51,745 bases of DNA from NCBI GenBank assembly GCA_044233685.1, contig JBIIJO010000001.1, forward strand, positions 1-51,745, in the 5' to 3' direction. Source of the stretch: Candidatus Planktophila sp. (GTDB lineage Bacteria > Actinomycetota > Actinomycetes > Nanopelagicales > Nanopelagicaceae). Below, piece after piece: positions 45,727-51,745 of the stretch. Every line of letters starts with the position of its first letter. The stretch's first letter is position 1. A program made the position numbers and the translations under genes. A model generated the notes under the pieces. That model made no database searches. It had not been told where the DNA came from and saw nothing but the letters and a program-made list of their open reading frames with translations.

Positions 45727-46433
45727 GGAATTCTTTTTCTTGCCTTAGTGATTCGAAAGTAAATGAGATCAAAAATTATTTGCATTGCATCCTTAAGACC
45801 AATGACTTTTCCTTCTTCACGGGAACGTGGTTTGTAGTCTACTAAGATTTCATAAGGCCGAAGACGTTGTAGCCAAAGATGCAGAGGGAACTCGACTTCG
45901 ATAGCAAAACGGCTATATTTAAACGGACACTCTTTGAAATACTTAGTGGGCAAAAGTTTGTAGCCACACATAATGTCAGTGATAACCTCGTTAAAGAGAA
46001 ATCCATAAAAATGCGATAAGAATTGATTTCCTCGGGCATATCGGTAAGTAAATGCAGATTGGGCACGAAAACTCCGATACCCAAAAACTATCTCAGACTT
46101 TTCTTGAAGTACTACATCCCACATTCTTACAATGTCAAAGGTATTTAATTCCAAATCAGCATCAAGGATTACCGCATGAGATGTTTGAAGCACTTGGCTA
46201 GCTTCTCGAATGGCACTGGCTTTTCCGCCATTGACTTTGCTAATAATCGAATGCTGCAAACTCGTTTGTCGAAGAGCTTCTTCTAGGAGGTCCAAGGATC
46301 TGTCAGTACTGCCATCATTAACAAATACACAATACTCGAGAGTCCCGTCCGGAAGTTGCGAAAGTTGGCGGACAAGTTGGGCGATAGTGCGCTCTTCATT
46401 GAAGAAGGGAATCAGTGCCGTCAGAGTTTTCAT
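45723..46433 (-). CDS. GT2 glycosyltransferase (polyprenol-phosphate-sugar synthase-like)
   Basis: IPFFNEE, VNDGSTD, GKASAI, ILDADLE, TDIMCGYK, PRSREEGK. Confidence 0.88.
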   Translation of the reverse strand: MKTLTALIPFFNEERTIAQLVRQLSQLPDGTLEYCVFVNDGSTDRSLDLLEEALRQTSLQHSIISKVNGGKASAIREASQVLQTSHAVILDADLELNTFDIVRMWDVVLQEKSEIVFGYRSFRAQSAFTYRYARGNQFLSHFYGFLFNEVITDIMCGYKLLPTKYFKECPFKYSRFAIEVEFPLHLWLQRLRPYEILVDYKPRSREEGKVIGLKDAMQIIFDLIYFRITKARKRIP

Positions 46434-46619
46434 CAGAGCCCAAATGTAGCCTCTGGCCAGGCCAAAGACTCTGATTACACCCCGCAACCCTCTGCGCCTG
46501 GAGGTTCTAAAGGAAGACCCGCTGATGAAATAAGCACACCACTAGAAGAGTGAGAGGTCTACAAGGGGATCAATAATTCTTACTGGGCTTTCACACAAAG
46601 GCCACAAGTTTTCACTTAG

Positions 46620-46967
46620 CTACCCAGAAGTGGATGGGGTCAAGACCTGCCTGGCGCAATGATTGTAAGAATTTGAGCCTACGAGCCACTGAGATTGGAA
46701 CTGCTTCCTTAGATTTCCTGATGCATCAGTTGATTCAGGATTAGTGATCAGTGAGTTAAAAGTGGCTTTTGCAAAATCGTCACCACGCTTGGCGAATTCA
46801 ACAGATTCAATGCAATCCATTTCAGTTGCACTTCTGCAATTACCTAAGGATTAGATAGTGGGCAGGTTCAGATCCTTAACCCAGCTCTCATCTGCTGCAT
46901 GTATGGCTTGGGGTTGGACGGGTATTGCAATCAATGAGGCGACAAGTAGCAACACCCTTTTACGCAT
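46620..46967 (-). pseudogene. pseudogenised N-terminal fragment of the secreted surface-protein family
   Basis: TATAAT-N6-ATG, signal peptide MRKRVLLLVASLIAIP, in-frame TAA at 46853-46851, then CRSATEMDCIESV matching the family Cys motif. Confidence 0.7.
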
Positions 46968-47017
46968 GCGCCAATTATACGGGTTGTGATTCGAAGAGGT
47001 CGGGTTAGGCTACCCCT

Positions 47018-47623
47018 ATGACCAAAGCATCGGCCCAGGTGGAGTTCACCTTATGGCTAACGCAGCGACAGAGCATGTTGATACGTGCTGCGCGCACTAT
47101 CTGCTTTGATGCACAAAACGCTGAAGATGTTTTGCAAGAAGCGTTAATGGATGTATTTGAGCGTTGGGACAAAGTAAGCAAACATGAAAACCCCGAGGCC
47201 TATGTCATCCGTGTGATGGTTTCAAAGCACATAGACATGCGACGCAAGTGGGCAAGACGCCGTGATGAAAAAGAAGTTAGCTTTGATTTACCCGAAGAAG
47301 TACTACAAATTGCAGATCAATCAGATGATGTGTTACAGCGTTTACTGGTGCAATCTGCACTCAAATCTTTAAGTGCAATGCAAAGAGCAGTTTTAGTGTT
47401 GACATATGAATATGGCTTTGTTTTACGTGAGGTGGCAGAAGTATTAGAGATACCAACTGGCACAGCTGCCTCTCACCTTGCCCGAGGCAAGGCTGCAGTT
47501 GCTGCCCACATTGGTTTGATGCCAGAGTTAGAGAAGTCTTTTAAGAAGGGTGTGACAAGCTCTTCTCCAAAGGCGGAGTTAGAAAATGAAGTAGTAACTG
47601 CAGAGGTGGTGGACAATGAGTGA
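47018..47623 (+). CDS. ECF RNA polymerase sigma factor (SigE-family-like)
   Basis: AEDVLQEAL...W......PEAYVIRVMV; LSAMQRAVLVL.Y...EVAEVLEIPTGT. Confidence 0.88.
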   Translation: MTKASAQVEFTLWLTQRQSMLIRAARTICFDAQNAEDVLQEALMDVFERWDKVSKHENPEAYVIRVMVSKHIDMRRKWARRRDEKEVSFDLPEEVLQIADQSDDVLQRLLVQSALKSLSAMQRAVLVLTYEYGFVLREVAEVLEIPTGTAASHLARGKAAVAAHIGLMPELEKSFKKGVTSSSPKAELENEVVTAEVVDNE

Positions 47624-48317
47624 TGTTGAGCCATTAATCCGCCGCGAACTGCAGTGGATGGCACTTGGGACGCTAGAGGATAAAGATCTAGCATCAATAA
47701 TTATTGCTAAGTCACGGCGCAGAAGGCTGCGCCGATTAGCTTCAATGTTGGTCTTCGGGCTCTCTATCTCTGTTATTTCAATTCAGGGATATCTATTTGC
47801 TAACAATCTCCTTAACTCAGAGAGCGACACCACGACCACATCTTCTGACACCTATGAGAGCTCCTCAGTTGAGCCTACGAGTGAACCTGTGGCACCAACC
47901 CAAAATTCTTCACCTACTGGTGCACAAATCAGGGGAGTTATTTCGGATTACCCAGTAACGTGGGAAGAATCAATCGGAGACTTGAGCGCAATTTCTAAAG
48001 CAGCTGGGCTTGGGGACACTCTGGGGGGTTTAACTGCGCAAGGGTTATATGTAACATGGAGTAAATGCCGTGTTGGGGTATGCCCAACGACCTTTACCTT
48101 AAGTGCTAGAAACAAGACGGAGGACATAATTTTCGTGGCACCTTCACTGATGGTTTATGTGGACCACTCTCCACTTGTGAGTTCTTCACGCCCGCTTTCT
48201 GTTATTCCAGGGGGCAATGTCAACCTAGTCTTTACTTTCCCAGAGCTAAAGGACATGACAAATGTCGATGATAAGGCAACATGGCAATGGAACTGGTTCT
48301 TAACGGTGGCCCGATGA
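47616..48317 (+). CDS. putative anti-sigma factor (single-pass membrane protein)
   Basis: Short cytoplasmic N-terminus, RRRRLRR before a TM helix, S/T linker and extracellular domain; overlaps the sigma stop. Confidence 0.65.
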   Translation: MSDVEPLIRRELQWMALGTLEDKDLASIIIAKSRRRRLRRLASMLVFGLSISVISIQGYLFANNLLNSESDTTTTSSDTYESSSVEPTSEPVAPTQNSSPTGAQIRGVISDYPVTWEESIGDLSAISKAAGLGDTLGGLTAQGLYVTWSKCRVGVCPTTFTLSARNKTEDIIFVAPSLMVYVDHSPLVSSSRPLSVIPGGNVNLVFTFPELKDMTNVDDKATWQWNWFLTVAR

Positions 48318-49603
48318 AAAACACACGGTTCACTCTTCGCTCGATTTTTCTTGCACTGACTTTAATTGCTCAATTAGTTGTTGGCACACATGCAGCCAAT
48401 GCCGAGGTGGTCTTACCTAAAGGCTCTTGGCTCAACTGCGCTAGTGCATCTGCAACCTATTGCATTGATTCTGTTTCAGTAATTCCAACGACTGGCAAAA
48501 TGTTGGAATTGACCTGGACAACTTCAGGATCAAATGATGCTGCAGCTAACCCAGCAATTGCTTCTGGCAAAGCGCTACCGGGACGCTGGACTAACCCTTC
48601 TTGGTCATCTCTTGGTTTAGGCACTGCTGGTTATGATGGAATTTATATTGATGCAAAAGCTGCAAATGAGTTTGTGCCTTGGGTCTATGTGGATGCACAA
48701 CCAACCCTGTCTAGTTCAGGAGGAGTGAAGTTAGCTGCTCGAGCTTCTAATCTTAATTTCGCTGCAGATCTTGACCAAGCTGTGACAATTTCCATAAAAC
48801 TACGTTTAGGTGATTTCCAAAGTGGTGTGACATTTGGCGTGGGTAGTGATGTTTCAGTAGACACGAGCGTTACTGGTGGTGTTACAACTATGGTCATTGA
48901 GGGCAACCCAGTTCTTGTGCCACTAGCTAAATCAAGTAAAGATTGCGTAGGCAATACTGGAGTCTCTGCTGCGTTAATTCGCCAATTCCAAACTGTTATT
49001 GTTCCTCAAAATGATCCACTTGGATTTAACGTCGCGGGTACAAGCGGCAAGCTTTATATCGGCTCCAATGGTCTGTGCAAGCTCTCCACACCAACTTGGA
49101 ACGCTGAAACAAAGCGCTTTAAATACACCGCTAGCGCTCCGCGCTTATCCCCAGATGGATCAACAGTAAATAAAGGTTTCTATCGCGCCATCATCCCCAT
49201 TGCTGATGCCAAGCTCTTCTGGGGTCTTACTAATCCCAACGATGCTGCTAAAGCTCTCGTTGTTTCAATCATTACAGCAGAGGCTGGATCCAAGGTTGCT
49301 TTAAGTTCAATCTCGGTTAATAAGACCAATATCGTCATCGATGTTTCTAACTTTGATTTCCCAGATCCTTCACTCGATATAGCCCTGAACCCGAACTACA
49401 CCGGGAGCAGTGCTGCCACAGAGGCAAACCAAAATAGCTCTGGGCCAGCGGCCACCGGCACATCCCAAACCGCGGCCAACAACCAGGTTGTGACGGCGGC
49501 CAAGGCTAAGACGACCACAATCACCTGTGTGAAGGGCAAAACCACCCGAAAAGTCACCGCGGTCAAGCCTGTGTGCCCAAAGGGATTTACCAAAAAGAAA
49601 TAA
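48314..49603 (+). CDS. secreted surface protein, TITC-tail family
   Basis: ATGA overlap with the anti-sigma gene; signal peptide; C...YCIDSV; ends TITCVKGKTTRKVTAVKPVCPKGFTKKK. Confidence 0.85.
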   Translation: MKNTRFTLRSIFLALTLIAQLVVGTHAANAEVVLPKGSWLNCASASATYCIDSVSVIPTTGKMLELTWTTSGSNDAAANPAIASGKALPGRWTNPSWSSLGLGTAGYDGIYIDAKAANEFVPWVYVDAQPTLSSSGGVKLAARASNLNFAADLDQAVTISIKLRLGDFQSGVTFGVGSDVSVDTSVTGGVTTMVIEGNPVLVPLAKSSKDCVGNTGVSAALIRQFQTVIVPQNDPLGFNVAGTSGKLYIGSNGLCKLSTPTWNAETKRFKYTASAPRLSPDGSTVNKGFYRAIIPIADAKLFWGLTNPNDAAKALVVSIITAEAGSKVALSSISVNKTNIVIDVSNFDFPDPSLDIALNPNYTGSSAATEANQNSSGPAATGTSQTAANNQVVTAAKAKTTTITCVKGKTTRKVTAVKPVCPKGFTKKK

Positions 49604-49694
49604 AACCACCCCGATCTGCATAATTTAGGGGCTTTTCTGCGGTGGAACTCATAAGTAAACTCGGCCAAAAGCCATATCGCTCCTGGGGGTAAAA

Positions 49695-51677
49695 ATGAAG
49701 AAGTTCAGACTAAGCCGCATCGTTGTTGCGGTTGCAGCGTTGGCGATGTTGGCCAACAGCATTGCACCATCAAGCGCGGCAACTCTGCGCGTTCCTAAGA
49801 CAGCATTTCCTGCTTGCGCAGTTCAAAATGGTGTTTATTGCATTGAGTCAGTCACAGTAACGACTGCTCAAGGAAAAGTTGTTCCTTTGCAGTGGGTTGC
49901 AAATGGAGTTGCAGTTCCTGGACAAAGTGCCACTAATGGCATTTCCTTTGCACCAATTGCAAAGGTAGTAAAGGGAATTGTTAAAGAAAATGGTTGGTGG
50001 ACTACTCAGTATCAGAGAGAAGCTCTAGCGGCCGACACAACAGTATTTGCTGACATTTCATCTTTGGTCGGCACAGCTGAGTTCCCTGAGATTGGCGCTC
50101 GCTATGACTCAGCAACTAAGACTTATGACATTACTAAGCCAGTTGAAGCATTTGCCGCAATCATTGATTGCTGGGATTCAAAGACTAATACTTCATCAAA
50201 GCAAGCATTTAGTAACTGCTATAAAGGCGCAGTTGCAGCTGTTAATGAGGCAGAAGTTAAGTTCATCTTTAACTACTCATCAGCAGCTCTTGCTGCAGCT
50301 GCAGCTAAAGATCTAGATGCTGCAACTTGGGTTGACCTCAAGGATCTAGCAGGTCAAGGTCAACAGCCAGCAGTTAATGCTCGCTACGATGCAACAAAGA
50401 AAACTTTCGACAAGTTGATGCCTTTGTACACACCAGTGTGGGTTACAAATAATTCATTAATCAATGGTTGGGATGTTGCTGGTACTCCTGCAACGCTTCC
50501 AACAATTGTTCCAGTGGCTCCAGCTCCTACAGAATCTGCATCAGCAGGCTCAGTGGCCGCAGCACCTGCACCTGTAGATCCAAATGCTGCTCCAGCAACT
50601 GCTGTAGCTGGTGCAACATCTGCACCAGATGCACAAGGTGTTGTGCCTGCTCCGCTTGCACCAAATGAGCAGACTGCCGTGATGCCACCAGTAGAAGCTG
50701 GCCGCGCCCTTACAGGCCGCTGGACTTCACCACTGTGGAACACACTTGGTCTAGGTTCAATTGGTTATGACGGTCTATTTGTAGATGCCAAGGCAGCTAA
50801 CGAATTCGTTAACCACGTATTTATCGATGTTGTTCCAACTTTGACTTCAGCAGAGAACAAAGTAACTCTTGCTGGTCAACCAGGAAACAAGATATATGCA
50901 GTCAGCCTTGATTCAGACATCGTTATCTCAGTAAAGGTTCGCACCGGTGATATCAAGACTGGTGTAACTGTTGCTGTGGGTGTCGACACAACTGTCACAT
51001 CAACTGTTGGACAAGAGTTCACAACTTTGACTGTTGAAGGAACCGCAGTTTCAGTTCCTCTAGCTAAGACTGCAGCTGATTGCGCAGGCGAAACTGGAGT
51101 TGCAAAGGCGATGGTGCGTCAGTTCCAAACACTGATCATCGCCCAAAATGACACATCAGGCTTTGGTGTTGAGGGAACATCGGGCAACATGTATGTCGGA
51201 TCAAACGGTGTTTGCTCATTGAGCACACCAACGTGGGATCCAGTAGCGAAGTCATTTAGCTGGACCACTGCAGCTCCACACTTTGCACCTGATGGAACAA
51301 CCGTCAACCGTGGTTTCTATAAGGCTGTTATTCCTTTCAAGGATGCAGCTCTTCTATGGGGACTCACAAATCCAGCAGATGCTGCAACAGCATTGACAGT
51401 GTCTATTGCAACTGAAGCCGGGGGTTCTTCAGCAGCAATTGCCGTCGTCTCTGCAAAGAATGGAAATATCATCATTGATGTTTCTGGCTTTGAGTACTCA
51501 AAGCCACGTCTAACAATCAAGATGAAGAAGGGTTACAAAGCTTCTAACAAGAAGATTTCATCCCTTGCAGCACCTAAGTACACAATCACTTGTGCACGCG
51601 GTGCCTCAACTAAGAAGGTAAAGGGAACCAAGCCTGTATGTCCTAAGGGATATAAGGCAGTCGGCCCTCGCTTCTAA
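49695..51677 (+). CDS. secreted surface protein, TITC-tail family, paralog of 48314 with a large insertion
   Basis: Shares GRW...LGLG..GYDG...DAKAANEFV etc. with 48314; ends TITCARGASTKKVKGTKPVCPKGYK. Confidence 0.85.
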   Translation: MKKFRLSRIVVAVAALAMLANSIAPSSAATLRVPKTAFPACAVQNGVYCIESVTVTTAQGKVVPLQWVANGVAVPGQSATNGISFAPIAKVVKGIVKENGWWTTQYQREALAADTTVFADISSLVGTAEFPEIGARYDSATKTYDITKPVEAFAAIIDCWDSKTNTSSKQAFSNCYKGAVAAVNEAEVKFIFNYSSAALAAAAAKDLDAATWVDLKDLAGQGQQPAVNARYDATKKTFDKLMPLYTPVWVTNNSLINGWDVAGTPATLPTIVPVAPAPTESASAGSVAAAPAPVDPNAAPATAVAGATSAPDAQGVVPAPLAPNEQTAVMPPVEAGRALTGRWTSPLWNTLGLGSIGYDGLFVDAKAANEFVNHVFIDVVPTLTSAENKVTLAGQPGNKIYAVSLDSDIVISVKVRTGDIKTGVTVAVGVDTTVTSTVGQEFTTLTVEGTAVSVPLAKTAADCAGETGVAKAMVRQFQTLIIAQNDTSGFGVEGTSGNMYVGSNGVCSLSTPTWDPVAKSFSWTTAAPHFAPDGTTVNRGFYKAVIPFKDAALLWGLTNPADAATALTVSIATEAGGSSAAIAVVSAKNGNIIIDVSGFEYSKPRLTIKMKKGYKASNKKISSLAAPKYTITCARGASTKKVKGTKPVCPKGYKAVGPRF

Positions 51678-51678
51678 G

Positions 51679-51736
51679 TAGATAAGTAAGTGCGGGCCGC
51701 TCCTAAGTACTCTTTAGGAGCGGTTCGCACTATCTA
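51679..51736 (+). terminator. long hairpin terminator
   Basis: GTGCGGGCCGCTCCTAAG...TTAGGAGCGGTTCGCAC, extended by TAGATA/TATCTA. Confidence 0.8.
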
Positions 51737-51745
51737 ATTTCACGT

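Noticed and set aside
576-51520. Numerous short antisense or alternate-frame ORFs in the ORF track (e.g. 16175-16465, 21060-21548, 27743-28249, 45068-45625)
   Set aside because: They overlap well-supported genes, lack motifs, and are explained by codon bias or low-complexity sequence

Overview
AT-leaning actinobacterial DNA. The compact genes, many leaderless TANNNT-N6-ATG starts and secreted proteins ending in a TITCVKGK...CP.GYKKK tail suggest the freshwater acI / Ca. Nanopelagicales lineage (inference). The window runs from tRNA-Glu past tRNA-Lys and is essentially a cell-surface island with five parts. (1) A CDP-sugar operon combines RfbF/RfbG-like enzymes with a ThDP enzyme, a dehydroquinate-synthase-like cyclase, an HpcH-type aldolase, an SDR, a Zn-motif methyltransferase and a GtrA/GtrB/GT-C export-transfer trio. 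(2) An ECF sigma factor fused to a transmembrane helix and extracytoplasmic domain precedes a probable S-layer/major surface protein; both genes have the same ACAAC-N16-YGTC promoter, and an O-antigen-ligase-family protein and two polytopic membrane proteins follow. (3) A ferric-reductase/FMN-binding/ApbE flavinylation module is split by a small toxin-antitoxin pair with a PafBC/RecA-NDp-type promoter, and both halves carry MprA-box-like repeats. (4) A metzincin protease, a WecA-like transferase and a sugar-metabolism operon. (5) Six intact and one pseudogenised secreted paralogs with variable bodies and a conserved Cys-pair/Lys-rich tail, interspersed with tRNA remnants, a tRNA-Lys islet, a second glycosylation cassette and an ECF sigma/anti-sigma pair. 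No integrase, transposase, reverse transcriptase or CRISPR array was seen. All product calls come from motif recognition by eye, not database searches.
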